Below are positions 13,201 to 27,289 of a stretch of DNA of 64,000 nt, piece after piece. The notes under the pieces were generated by a model, which made no database searches, was not told where the DNA came from, and saw only the letters and a program-made list of their open reading frames with translations. The position numbers were made by a program, and so were the translations under genes. Location of the stretch: positions 2,695,751 to 2,759,750 of the forward strand of contig OZ037773.1 in NCBI GenBank assembly GCA_964035545.1, read 5' to 3'. The DNA comes from Bugula neritina. Lineage: Eukaryota > Animalia > Bryozoa. Position 1 is the first letter of the stretch. Every line of letters begins with the position of its first letter.

Positions 13201-16200
13201 AGCCAATAGTACTAGAGAAACAAGAGACTACTGTAATAAATAAAATTTGGGCTGTGAAATTCATATAATAACCAGTTTTGTCCTAATCCATTAATAAAAT
13301 ATATAATGAATAAAACCTTAGCAGAGTTTGTCACAAGGAACTTGAGCATAATTACACATTTTTCAGGATCAAACCATTAGCATATTAAAGAAACTGCATA
13401 TTGCTAGCAGAATCTAAGACAACTTAATTCTTATCTATTATACTGGTAGTATAAACTTACTGACGCGTAGCACCCCTTTCTCGTAGTCATTCACCACAAT
13501 GGTGCTGCTGTCCAACCAGCTTATAGAGCCAATCTGATTGAAGGTACAGTTACTGATAGAATAATTAACTATTTCATCAGATTTCTCACAGTAAAACTCA
13601 ACACCTGTAAAAAGAAATATTTTTCAGAAATACCCTTTTTCTAACTAACCCCAATATACAGACATATAGTTTTTTGCAAACAAAAAATGGTTCAATATTT
13701 TGAAAAACTACTCAATAGTGTTTACACAGAGTTTTACATATAAAGATATCAAAGAGACCATTGTCATTTTTATTTTGTAACTTATAGCAGTTTCATCTTT
13801 AGATTTTAAGAAGTTTGGGGCATTTTGTATTTCCTTTTATTACACAACACTTCACCAAGTTGAGTGTAATTAATTTTGGGCTTGAATAGTATATAGGAAT
13901 TATTTTTTTTAACAAAATCTAAAAGCTGCTGCTGGAGAAATGAGATATTTATGACTCGCAGAGTACTGCACAAAGTTGTAAGTGAAAAAAAAGAATGAAA
14001 ATGTGAAAAATGAAGGATAAATACCTATTCAAGTAATTTTTGTAATTAATATTTTACAAGTCTAAGATATTACATAAACTGATATATGCAGTCTGCAGCT
14101 GGAGGTTGATACTTCACAGTAACCAATTGTGGTAGACTATGGCAAGGCTAGACTATGCTTTAGCTTTAATCTCAAGGAATGACAACTCCATTCACACTTG
14201 TATACAGCTTGCACTGTAGGCATGAAATTATCATATAATTAAATATGTTTTAAATGAATGAGTATGCTGTTCACATTGAAACATGTCATATTATTGACTG
14301 AGTGATACACAGCTGTGTTCAACTAGCCACTGTGAGAGTCATCAACAGTTACCATAATTTATATATCTTGGAAGTCATCTAACAGAGTTGATGACCTCAG
14401 AAAATGCATACGGTGACTCAGAAGTGTATGACATACCAACATCTGAACTGTCTCTCAGGTCATCTAGCAGAGTTAGAAACACGAGCCGCCCAAACTCAGG
14501 GTCCGCCATTGCCAAGATTCTTCCGTCTGGGGAGGCGGTTAAATCAGCACTCTGTTCTGCAAGCCTTGGCTCAGCTTGCTTAGCAAACACAGTTCTATCT
14601 AGGTGGGGAGAGTTTGAGCTGCCACTGTTGGTTCTAAACATTATTTAAAGATTTTTTATCACTTGTTGTATCATGATTATAAAAAGTAAGTAAAGTAGTA
14701 ACTTGTACACTGTATGAATCTAATATATATTATACAGTATATGCAGGGTGACAAGAAGAACATGTGTGTGTATGTGTGTATGTGTGTGTATGTGTGTGTT
14801 TGTGTGCGTGCGTGTGCGTGTGCGCGTGTGTGTGTGTGTGTGCGTGCATGCGTGTGTGTGTGTGTATGTGTGTGTGTATATGTGTGTGTGTATGTGTGTC
14901 TGTGGGTGTCTGTGTGTATACATGCTATATGTACATACACACATACATGATTACTCGCAGTGTACAGGAAATGCTAAGCTAAAAATGCTTACATTTATTC
15001 TAGATAGCAAATTGCAATTTTCTTGTCAATGAGTGAGGTGTTAGTGCATTTGAAGTTACCAGTATTTTTATACATCTAATAACCTTTTAGTATGACAGCC
15101 AAAATAACACTTGTGCAGCATGGTCCTATTGGGGTGTATTGCTCTTAGTTTTGTCCAAAACTTTTTAACCTTTCACAGCCTGCATAACTGCATAACTTAC
15201 ATATCAAGTCATCAAACATACACATACAGTGTTTTGTAAAGGAGCAGTATCTATGAAAGTGCATCTCGATCTGCCCTGTAACCATGGAGGATGTAACAGG
15301 TAAGAAATGCTTTAAGTTTTAACACAATTGCTTTTATAAGCAATGCTTTTTACTGAATACTATACAAATATCAAGCACAACCACTGCTAACTCCCCTTCC
15401 ATGTGGAGATGAGTAGTGTTGAACCATTTGGGAACTTGCAGGCTCACTACTACTACACAAATACAATAAGAAATCTGCTTTTATAATATCTTAACTCACT
15501 TTGCCAAGATTTAAAAACAAACGCTTTTAGGCGAGCAGTCAAGTTTAATGCCAATATCATTAGCTAATAAACTTTTGCACCCACAACCAACGCACTGTGT
15601 GTGGCAGGTTGTTTCCACAACAGATTTTCACGCTTTTGGATTCACATGCAGAAATTTGTGTCATATGGCCCTGCGCTTAGTCTCCACATAAGGGTGGGCT
15701 GGGAGTATGAAGTGGACTCAGTGTTTTTACAAGATATGCATATTTGCATATTCACATTATTCAGTCTTTGCAATTATTGTAGATGCTAGCTGCATGAGTT
15801 TCCTGGTCTATAGTTACTTCACTTCAAATCTTATAAGCCATAATGCTTAAACTTTCCAAGCATTGACAGTAAAATAGACTGCACATCTATCATATTGCTA
15901 GCTGCTTCAAACTTTGTTACAAAACATCTTCTTGCAATTTTTTAGATTTAAAAATTACTAACGCCAATTCTACACTAAAAAAACTGGTAAAAACCGGGAA
16001 GCTTCAAAAGTTAAAAGTACATAGCAAAGTAGTTGTAAAAGAATTAGTGCCCATTTTTAATGTTGTTTATTTAGGCTACTTTGTATTTGTATAAGAGTGG
16101 TTTTATATTTAGATCCGGCTGTTGAACCAGAAATACTTTGGATCTTGTGTTTTCTGGGAGCCCTGGGTGAGAAAATATTATATATACGCTGTGTTTATTT

Positions 16201-19200
16201 AGTAGTTATAAGATAGTAGAAGGTTATCATATACTTTAGTAGTGAATATGTAATGTAATATCAGCATTCATAACTCTAATTTCTTTTTATTTAAATAAAT
16301 ATTTTGTAAATTTTTTAATATGTGAAACTAACAATATATTCTTATAATTATTCCAAGGCAATCAGACTAAAACTACTGAATAGTTATATGTTTCAATATT
16401 TCAAGACAAATACTATTTAAAATAAACAATTGTAATTTCTTTTAAATTTAAACTGTCCATACACCACAACACTAGAACTTCATTTTTAAATTTATAGTTT
16501 AGAGTTGAAGAATTTACAGATAACATGCTTAATATATGCATGGTTGTATTTGATAGTATAGTGCATACTATTTTACTAGATCACCTTACACGCATTCATT
16601 ATATGGAACTTAATTAATAAAACTATAAGGCTTACTCTTCATCTCTGTTGTAGGAATAATTTTCAACATACTAAACATTGTCACACTTTCTATGTCGATA
16701 GAACAGGTTACATATAAAATACTTCTTGGAATGGCTGTTGCTGATTTATTGGTAGGAATTACTGGCTTTTCTCAAATAATTGTATTGTTTGTGTACATTT
16801 AAATAATACTTAGGGTTGTTGGTTGTAGTGTTAAGTTTACCCAGTGGTCCCCGTGGTATAATAGTTAGCACACTTGCTTGCAAGCCGGAGGCTCGGGTTC
16901 GATTCCCAGTGGGGGCAAAATGCATTTTACATTGGTCATCGAAATTTTAGTTTCTTACTAATAAAAAATTAAATTATGTGAAAACATTGTGAAAATGCCT
17001 TATTATTTCAACTTTTCACTACTGGGTCAATTTCTTGTCAACTTAATAACTACAATTTTCCATCTATGAAACCCTAAAACTTATCTATCATTGTGTTATA
17101 TATGATTAATCCAAACCTATTCAACAAGCTAGTCGCAGAGTTTAAAAGTATTATATCAATAGAATCAGCACGTAAACTAATTTATGTAATATTAAACCAC
17201 CTCTAAGAACTCTTGAGTAGGGTGAAGTTACAATCTTTTGAATAGTGTCGTTTTTAACAGATATAATTCGTGGTAATAACATCAAATATAATAAATATCA
17301 GACAGTTTATTGCTATTATTGAAGCTTTTTGGTGACATCAACTGCCTTAAAAAATCTTTATAACTCAGCTGACCTTAAATATTGAGCAAGTGCACAGAAA
17401 CTAGAAACAATGTTAAAAGAGCTATGCCCTGTGCCATTATTTATATGCATGTAATTATAGCAGAGAGTATACCTAACATCTAACAGGGAGCAGCTGTGGT
17501 CTAGGGGTTAAAGCTTTTGCCTAGTAAACACGAAGGTCATGGGTTCGAGCCCTGACAAAGGCCATTGGTGATGTTAGCAAGAGCATCCGGTCATAATTGC
17601 TCCTGTGCCTCATCTAAATAAGTCTTTAGCCCTTTCTCACAGGGATAGTGACTCTAAACTTGCGTGAGTATACTTAACATCTAATGATGCTAGTCATAAC
17701 ACTTTTACTTCTGTTATTATTCAAAGTTGTATTGTTTATTTTAGGTAAACATTACACTTTTCTGTTTATCTATAATTTTCCTGACACGCGCATACCCTGT
17801 CACAATCCAAGAATTAATGCAGTTTAATTTAACGGCCATTGTGATGAGGCTATTTGCATCCGTAAGTGATAATTTCTTACAAATCTTGAACAAGTTGAAA
17901 GCTACCAATTATTATTTTTCTAGTTCTTATACTACCACAAAGAAATGTTTAAAAAGCAAGCTTATTGAACACATCTATTTTACTAATCTATTACAGCAAA
18001 ATATTATTTTCTAGCATGAATAATTGCTAATAGCATGATTACTGTAGATATCTAACTGGAGTGCAGTGCTGATGGTTACCATTAGATTGCTAGTGGTTAC
18101 TTTCCCTCTAAAAGCTGCTATATTTGCCAGTCCCAGAAGAGTGAAAGTGTCTATTGGTTTGATTTACATACTCTGCATAAGTTTGCAGTTTTTGCTTTAT
18201 CCAATTGCAGTGTGAGTTTACTCAAAACTATAAATATGATGAAAAAATGAGTTAATAGACTTTATTTTGTTAGCAAATTTATTAGCTGAAGTACAGTTTT
18301 AAGTTATAGCCTTACAATATTTTTTTCATAAAATTTGTGAATTTGCAATCTACATGATTTCTAAAGCTTATACAAGTAAAATCTAAATAATAGTATTTAC
18401 ATTTTTAAGCAACACTGTGTAAGCTACTGCACATGTCTTTACCTGAATATTCATTACAAGGTGCAATTGCTGCAATTATACAATATAAAGTTTGCGTTAT
18501 TATAGATTTGCAAGTCCTTTAATTTTGACATGGCTGTTATATTTCCTTCCAATCTTATTTGAGATTTTACCAATGGCTGTGTGTTTGGTGCTGACGGTAA
18601 TGTTGCTAATACAGTTTCGTAGAAACCATGTTAAAGTTAAAGATTTAGTAAATCAGTAAGTATTACTCAATATATGATATGCTATATCGTCTTTTAGCTG
18701 TTTATGCAATAATATGTCTGCATTTTAATAATACTTTTCATTTATTATCAGAGCACATCTGGGTAAACGAGTAAAAGAACAGAGGATGTTGACCTTCACC
18801 TTGCTGCTGACCTTAACATTCTTCATTATAACCTACCTACCATTGGTAAAAAATTATTAAATTCCAAATTAAGCTTAAACATGATATGTGCATAAAGTAT
18901 AGGACAAAATAATACTGATTTCACTGTAATTATTACAAGTATCCCGCATATGCATAGAAAATCCACTATAATATCTGTTTTTTATATCAGTGTTGATTCA
19001 AATTGTTGAAATATATAACAGTTTCACTTTAATTATGTTGACTTTACTTTTACATATTATATGCAGCAGAAAATTATTTTTTAAAAAACTATTACCTGTT
19101 CAATGTATTGTTAAGAATGAGCTTTTTGTATTTTAAGTTATACTATTTACAGGTAATCTATAGCTTGATTGACCTTGCTAATATGAACATTATGAACGGC

Positions 19201-19713
19201 AGTTATCTCTCTCTTACATCCACGCATATCCTGAGAAAAGTTACACTCATATTACAAAGCTGTAACCACACCGGTAACTTTTTCATTTATATCATTGCCA
19301 ACTCAAAACTAAGGAAGAACTTTCTACAGAGATTTGTAAAAGTCAAGACGGCAGTTTCTTCTGGTAGAACAACTCCTTCAGATACTTTTTTCAGGTAAAC
19401 AAATTTTATGAACTGTAAAACATGCTAATAGCCCTTTTGCATTTTGCATTGGACTGCATGAGTTTCTTTCAGATTATATAATAAGTCAATTGAGTCAAAT
19501 ATATTTTTGAAATGCTACACTACAGAGTGTGAAAAATAATAAAACCATCTGGGCTCATCATTAGATCTTTTAATTGCTTTTATAAATTTATAAGCTAAAT
19601 ACCATTTTTAGTAAGCTCAAAATATATTTTTGTTCTAGTGTCACTTTTATTTCCTGATATGAGAGATGCAATCTGATTATATTCAAAGTTTTCTCTTTAT
19701 AATGTCTTTTTTG

Positions 19714-19758
<45 letters not shown>

Positions 19759-20033
19759 AATCTGTGGACAGCAGCTGTTTCGGGATTTGTCCCCTCATCA
19801 GCACAGAACAGAGTACCATGGCCCACACCTTCGCAATAGTAAAACTTATAGTTTTACTAAAGCATATTTAAAAGGTGTGTAAACTCAAGCCAGAGTGCTC
19901 AAGTGGCTCTAGGGGTCCCCTAGGAGTCACGAGCATTGCAAAATGCTAGCAGCTTGAGTTTGTGACCATGGTGAGAGTGCTCAATCATTTAATGTTATTG
20001 CTGAGCATTAAATGAGAGCGTAATATCTCAATC

Positions 20034-20119
<86 letters not shown>

Positions 20120-23100
20120 CTTACACATTGGCATTTTATCTTGCGATAATGCACAAGATTATAGCATATAATACAATACATCAATATATTAGTATATTAT
20201 TATTGCTGCTGCTATTGTTGCTGAAGAACGACAAACTTACCCAAAATATCTGATAAAAGATGTCCCATACAAGGGTTCTCCATCAGTGCCAGTTATATCA
20301 CTGAGATTATACATGTTTACACCTGAAATAATATTAGTTATCCATTGAAATACAATATCTTAAAACTGGCAGAGGTTCATTGGGTTTAATAATAATTTTC
20401 AATTATAAACACTACATTGAAATGTTGAAGGGTTTGCAAACTATTCACAGTAATAAAAAAAAATATTTTAAATAGTTAAATGTTATGAGTAATATATGTA
20501 TGTAAAAACATTAATAAACTAATATATTACCAAGTAGATGAGAATAAATTGCTGTAAAAACTAGAACTTTCTTTAATATGATTAAATGCATTTAAGTTTA
20601 GTATTTAATTTAAAAAAAAACATGTTATGCTAGCATATGAGAGTTTGGTAACAGAAATATTTGCCATATATTCATAAAACTACGTGAAGTTCAATGTACA
20701 ATAGCTGGTGTTAGTCATACCTGCAGTCACCTTGTGCCAAACTACTTGACTGGGAGATTCGTCTGGAGTTATCCCTCTTTCTAATCCAAAGGTTCCATCT
20801 GTCACAGAGTTCTGCAGATCAGATAATGTGATTATCCTACGAGGTTGAGACATTCCTTCAGCCCACACATAAATACCCTGTATATATAATAGAAGTACTG
20901 TATATCAAATCATGTACTTTATATATTTTATAATAGATATACTCTATATAACATAAGTGACTTTACATATTATATTTATTATGTGATATATATTACATAA
21001 TTATATGTGTACTACGCATAATACATGTAATATAAATTATAGAATATGTCTTTTATATTAGAGAATATAATTTATGTGTCGTATATATTACAGATTAATA
21101 GAAATCTGGCATATTATAAATATGAGAAAATTTTCCTATTTTCAACTGCATATCAAAATAGAAAAAAATATATAACACTGTATAAATATGTATATTGTAA
21201 GGAAAGCCATATGTAACAATATGTAGGCCTACTGTAGAAATGGTAATAATAATATCTACTGTAGAATGAGTTGCAATATGTGCTGCAAAAAGAGTATGTG
21301 ATAATATGCGCTGTGCAAAAAATATGCAATGATGTGTACATATTAGTAACAGCTTATGTGGCGTAAGCTGTAAGACTAATAAAATTTTATAGCTCAACAA
21401 TGGTTATCTAATCAAAGCCCTTGTTTGACTCAATTTAAAAAATAAGCAAAACATTACTGCACATAGCAAGCAATTTTCAAGTAGAAACAACTAAAAATCA
21501 GGGAGAAACCTCAATCTACTCCTTTATTCTGCAGAGCAATAACTCACGTGACCTGCCACACTAAACACCCACAACTCTCCCTCTTCTCTCTCCAAGACAA
21601 CCATCCCTAGGACTTCTGTGGTAGAGTCTGTAGATCGTATGTTGAGGGCATTCTGACCACAGTCACCTGTAGCAACATGATTCTACTTTCTAACTGTAAT
21701 ATACATTCTATAGATTTGTATTATAATAAACTGAAATGTAGTTAAGAAAATATTGCTTGAGGGAGCGGCTATGGTGGAGTGGCTAGAGACACTAAATGTT
21801 TATGACACGCAGGTGGTAGGCTGTTGGAGTAAGCTCCAGAAAGGTTATTGATGATGTCATACTAGACAAACCATGTGTCAGTATATTTTGAGGGAAAAGC
21901 TTAACATCAAAGAAAAACTCATGCCCGTCTATATAGTCACTATCCCTGTGAGAAACTCCTTTTTTAATGCCGGCTCAAGACTTTTCATAGTGGCACAGGG
22001 GCAATTTTCACTGGATGCTCTTCCTAACATCAACAATGGTCATTAATGGGGTTTGTATTCATGACCTCTTGCTTACTATGGCCCCTAAACCACGGCTGCT
22101 CCTTAAAGCCTTACCACCAAAGCATTAAAAATATTATATTTATAAACAAACATTAATTAGCGTGTGCTAAACTAAGAGACTTTTATACATATGCCTCTCA
22201 GTATCCAAGGACTACCATTTGTTTTTATATGTGAGATTTAGCTAATTAAATTTATAAAGTTATAGAATGTGAAGGTGCAGATGATTCATATAATCCTTCA
22301 CTTTTTGTAACTTGTACCACCCACAAGTTTTAGTAAGCACCACCCTAGAGATTTAGTAAGCACTGCTCACAACGTTTATTAAAACCACCCACAAGCTATA
22401 GTAAACACTGCTTACAAATGTTTAAAATTATAGGAACCAAGACAGGTTTAGAGTCATGGTAACAAATTGGTAAAAAAGATGTGCTGAATCATTCAATGTT
22501 GCACAAACTACAGTAGCTAGTAAACCTGCCCACTAGTTCACATCGAGTATTTACTATATAAAAGAAATAGCTGATAACTCCCACTTAGTAAACCCACCTA
22601 ACACAGTTTTGACTTCATTTGTTGTCCTGTTGGCCACCCTGGCGCATGACCTGCCGTCTAAGAAGTAGATTTTATCTACGGTATTGTGAATGTGCTCAGG
22701 ACTGCTAATTCTAGCTTCATTGCCAACTCCATCCCAATATGATACGCTGCCAGTTGGCCTTGGTGCTGTCAGGTTACCATAAAGCACTGCCAATAGACAC
22801 AGTAATGTATTAGACATAGTCCTCAATAGCACATCTTACGGTGTGTGCTCGTGTGTGTGTGTTGTGTGCTCGTATGTGTTCTCGTGTGTGTGCTCGTGTT
22901 TGTGTGGGTTGTGTGTGTGTTGTGTGTGTGTGTGTGTGTGTGCTCGTATGTGTGGGTTGTGTGTGTGTGTGCTCGTATGTGTGGGTTGTGTGTGTGTTGT
23001 GTGTGTGTGCTCGTATGTGTGTGTTGTGTGTGAGTGTGTGTGTGCGTGAGTGCGTGTGTGTGTGTGTGTTGCACAAATTAAAAGGTGGCAAAAAGTTTCC

Positions 23101-23809
23101 AGGTAAAATTGAAAATTGGATGTTGTATGCTTTTAAGGGTCAACATTAACAGGTAGTTGTAGTAAAAAGATGTTTAACTCTTGTAGGTGTAGATGTTACA
23201 AAGTATATTACTCATCCAACCACAGACATTCACAGTTGCTTCAGCTGTTTTCAGTTTTTTAAATAGTTATTTGCAGTAGAAAGGTATTACAGTGTTTCTT
23301 ATCGCTTACCTCGCGAGATGCTGACTCTGGTTGTATTTGAATCTCTCAGAGTTTGTGTAGGTAAGGCAGCAATGCAGGCAGACTTGTCTGCTTTCTCCCA
23401 AAGTCTGATCCCAATAAGAAGCTCAGAAGTGTTTCTGGCATTCACCTTGCAAAGTAGTATTCTAGTTGAGAGTAATGTTTAAAGAAATTAAATAATTGAA
23501 ACAAATAATATGAAGTTACATTTTTTTTCCTGGCTTTAGAATACAGCAGAGGCAATCAAACATATTTTGCTGCACCAAATAATCTTGAACAAATTTACAA
23601 AATTCGTGGTTTACTTCACTATGTAACTATTTTACTTATAAAATAGGATTAGCCAGTCTACAAGCAATGAAGTCTTTCCCGCTTCTTTCACATACACACT
23701 GACCTGTATGCTAGAAGCCATTGCATATACGAGATCATTCTCATAACCTGGAAAACTCAGTTCAACAGAATCTATGAAAGAAATATTTACTAGCCCAGCT
23801 CTCGTCAGT
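10283..23809 (-). CDS. Single-pass membrane protein: NHL-like beta-propeller ectodomain, Thr/Ser mucin stalk, two antistasin-like Cys modules, TM helix, cytoplasmic tail (5' exons beyond ~23.8 kb unresolved)
   Basis: Twelve phase-compatible GT-AG exons: 23809-23636, 23461-23310, 22786-22598 ([13 protein letters not shown]), 21666-21548, 20877-20721, 20322-20241, 14633-14437, 13604-13461, 13211-12534 (T/S/P-rich), 11710-11609 ([21 protein letters not shown]), 10925-10857 ([21 protein letters not shown]), 10614-10283 ([27 protein letters not shown]). Confidence 0.8.
14763..14920. repeat. Compound (GT)n microsatellite
   Basis: Degenerate GT/GC/AT dinucleotide array. Confidence 0.9.
16654..19398 (+). 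CDS. Class A (rhodopsin-like) GPCR, peptide-receptor/chemoreceptor-like, nested antisense in intron 14634-20240 of the NHL/mucin receptor gene; N-terminal exon(s) unresolved
   Basis: Exons 16654-16781 (GIIFN..MAVADLL, TM1-2), 17745-17861, 18048-18211 ([21 protein letters not shown]3-4), 18506-18655 (TM5, ILP), 18752-18845 ([10 protein letters not shown]6), 19153-19398 ([12 protein letters not shown]7). Splice phases are consistent. Candidate start exon MEDVT at ~15284-15299. Confidence 0.8.
16847..16917 (+). pseudogene. tRNA-like sequence (pseudo-tRNA or head of a second tRNA-derived SINE)
   Basis: Acceptor stem gtccccg/tgggggc, A box and ggttcgattccc B box, but anticodon and T stems are mispaired. 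Degenerate relatives on the minus strand near 11.78-11.85 kb and 12.04-12.07 kb. Confidence 0.5.
17486..17668 (+). mobile_element. tRNA-derived SINE with target-site duplication
   Basis: Same family as 5447-5644; flanked by tatac(c/t)taacatctaa direct repeats. Confidence 0.85.
19753..20034 (-). mobile_element. Non-LTR retrozyme monomer (271 bp plus ~12-bp terminal redundancy) inserted in (TA)n
   Basis: Nearly identical to the 270-bp tandem units at 42953-43685; contains an intact hammerhead; (TA)n on both sides; terminal repeat atatctcaatct. Confidence 0.85.
19761..19807 (-). ncRNA. Type I hammerhead ribozyme (retrozyme), intact core
   Basis: Sense strand UCUGUG-CUGAUGA-GGGG ACAAA UCCC-GAAA-CAGC U GCUG-UC|CACAGA: 6-bp stem I, 4-bp stem II, short stem III containing the palindrome CAGCUG, GUC cleavage triplet. 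Confidence 0.9.
21932..22102 (-). mobile_element. Degenerate tRNA-derived SINE copy
   Basis: Reverse complement of the family body (ctggatgctcttcctaacatca..) and head (cccctaaaccacggctgctcc). Confidence 0.7.
22840..23070. repeat. Compound (GT)n/gtgtgctc microsatellite
   Basis: Degenerate GT array. Confidence 0.9.
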
Positions 23810-25237
23810 CTAAAGGAAAAGCAAAAATATAAGCATACAAAAACAATTGATATGAATGTATAACACATGGTTTATACTCTCAAAAGATCAAAACTTACTA
23901 AGTACTGCAGTAATAATGGTTTCTATGCAATGTTTAACTGACCTATATACTGATTATATCTTCTTAGCTGTCAAACCCTTGAAAATTTAAATTGATTTGC
24001 AAAAAATGCTAATGTGTCGTGTTAACGGCTGTTGCCCATAGAAACTGGACTGCATATTTATTTGTTTAAATATTATGAATATGCTAAGCTGATCCCCTCT
24101 TTGTATCTTATAGACTCACAAGTAGCTTCTCAACATAAGCTTATTTAGTTTCCACCCTTTTATTGTTTCATCATAACTTTTGGCGCCATAATCTTGTCAG
24201 ATTTTACAATAGCTCGTTGAGTTTATTTCTTGCAACGGCTAAAACCTTTTTAAATCTTATTCAGTAAATCTCAGCTGAAATAATCTTAAATGTATAAAAT
24301 ATACACCTGACATGTGCAGTTCTATAAAAACTCAAAGTAAAATTATTTCGACCTATGTCTTATGCTTTCAGCACAAAAGATGCAAGTATTTCGTTGTGAA
24401 TACGGTTAGGACATGGTAATTGGTGCATGTGTTGGCTTCCACATTGACTAAAAGCAGCAAAGTCAAAAATGAAAAACTAAAAAGTTGCTTCTACAAACTT
24501 TAAACTGATGAAACTCTAAAATTTTCCTGACAGTTGAAGTTGCATTCCATGAGCAGCAATAAATTGACTATTCAAAACCTAATCAAGTCCTTTCAGGAAG
24601 AACGTAAATGGATGTCAATTTTACTGATCGTCAGGTTACCATTGATGTCTCTTGCCACTTAGTTTGAGTCTCTAATCAGTATAAAATTGTGCACATACAA
24701 ACTTATTTCTTCAATATAAAGTTCTTTATAAATGTAGTACTATCTGTTTTACATGTTTTATGAAAGATCTGACTTTGGTAGAACTATATGTTTTACAGCA
24801 TATAAAATTGCTTACAATATCAAGTTTTCTGATAATACAGCAAAGCTCCAAGTGGCAAGGAAGATGCTCAAAATTAAACTGGAAACCTGCACCTTTTCTA
24901 AAAGTAACCTCTTGAAATTTAAGTAAAATATACCTTAGAAAGAGAGATGTGAGCAAAATAGACATCACTAGAAAATTCTCCCGTGTCTGCATCTGTCAAG
25001 TTGTTTGTTTTGCAGTTTGATCTAAAAATGCAAAGATCAGCTTTTTTCCAAGTTCGAACCCTCCTACTGAGAATGTTACTTTCATATCTCTATTCAGCTT
25101 TTCCACAGATTGCTGTGTGTCTTTGTAAACATTTATTTAAACTTTAAAATTACAACATGTAATATGCAAGAAAAGATTGTAAGTTTAATACTGAGTAACC
25201 TGCAAAAGCTCATTTAATAACACGATGTTAACATTTC

Positions 25238-25307
<70 letters not shown>

Positions 25308-26336
25308 ATACATATGTTTATTTATTTATTTATACTGTATATATGATTTTATACCAACCTTATTCTGTCGTGACTATACACGAGTTAGAATGTGTGACAG
25401 CAAGTGCAGTGATCTGTAGACTGGTTACTTGGTGCAGGCAATGAAACATTCAATTAGTTGTTATATGCATCAGGATTAGAAATTAAAGCAAATATTGCAT
25501 GAGGTCACATGACTAGTGCTTTTTATTCACCCAATTGTTATAAATGAAATTACAATGTGAATAAAAACTTTACCAGGTCAATTTTGTTAGTTCAAGAATA
25601 CAATGTGATTATTATTTATATCCATCTTCAGTTCTTATTGCACGTCTTGTAATAACTATTCAAAAACTAATTCTAGATTTATTGCATCTTGAATGGAAGT
25701 TCTCATGAGACAAAGTGACTGCTGTTTACTTTGTAACCCAATACTTGAATCATCGCACTGCACCACTTCCCTTCTTTCAACTATGTACAACAAAGTATTA
25801 AAGAGCAGTGATTTATCTTATATATGCATTCGCTCTGAGATTTACATGTTGAAATTTTTGTCCATGAGTATAGAATTACCACCAAATATGAACTAATTTA
25901 TGTTCGTGTCTAATTCAAAACACTCTAATTGATATCTTCAGAATTCACTTAACCCACTCATAAGAATCTGAGTAGAGCTCAGGGCCCCCAATAATGAAAT
26001 TCGTTGTGATATTAAATCAAGTTATTATTTTGTATTTGAAAATTGTCAACAGACATTGCCACAAAAGTAACTGCAATTTACATACACAAGCATTGTATTC
26101 CACAAGAAGGTGAGATACACAGTGGTAAAAATTGAATGCTCCTTCATAACCATTAAAATTATAAAAACAATCATTAATACTATAACTTTGGATATAAATT
26201 TAATTCAAACTCATCCACTCAAACAAGTGTACAAAAATTATAAAAACATAAAAATAATAAACAGCCGTCGAAAAAACACATCGCCAACACAAACTATAGC
26301 AATTAAACACCTCTCTTACATTAACACTATTATATC

Positions 26337-26415
<79 letters not shown>

Positions 26416-27289
26416 GTTACCAACTTACATTGATAAGATAACTCAATAAGATAGCAAACTATAATAACCAGAGAAATAACATACAGGTATTACATCATAT
26501 TATATTCCTATCCCAACACACTATGCTACTACCATTTTCTGCCTTGTCAGAAGGCAGAACTTATCTACATAATTCAGCTAAGTTCACTAACAAATTTTCT
26601 TGCATAATTTTATATAAATATACTACTGCAATCTAACCAGATTTTTTACAGCCATTTTCTAAATGCTCTCTGTGACAAATGCATTTCCAATAACTCAAAT
26701 AATACTCTTGGGTAGTAACTGGAGCGAATAGAAGCCCTTAAGAATAAACATTCAGACAGTAAACAATGGAATCCCAGCCTAACATATTGCTAAAAAAAGG
26801 GACTGCAACGGTCTAAAATAGACTGCAGCAGTCTAAAATTGGATAGCTATGGCTGAAGTAACAGGTGATAACTTTTAACTGCAGTATAAACAAGGCACCA
26901 TACTAAACAAAGAACCTCTAAAACACTTTTAAGGGTAAGAAAAAAATTGAGCTCCATCACCAATATATAGTAGCAGTACAGCTTTAGCATAGTGCATCTC
27001 AACACCTTTTAACCCATACCAGTTTCAAAATACTATATATGTGCAATTTAAATTGCAACTTAAATATAAATAAAATCAACTTCCAATAATTTCAAGATTT
27101 GGTCTAAAAGGTAACAGCACAACAATCACAATGAATATAGAACTAAGATAGGAAGTCTACAAGAATAGTCAATAACTTATAGCATCTCACTACTAATCAC
27201 ACATAGAACAGGGATACAGTAAAATAAAAGCAAAATAACAATAGAAATATAACATTTTATAAAAAATAAATACTCCGCTCATCTTGCAT

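Noticed and set aside
12658-13209. 183-aa Ser/Arg-rich plus-strand ORF and Leu-rich alternative frames
   Set aside because: Shadows of the low-complexity mucin exon, which has proper splice sites on the minus strand.
16847-16917. Functional tRNA gene
   Set aside because: Anticodon and T stems do not pair properly, and degenerate relatives nearby point to a SINE head or pseudogene.
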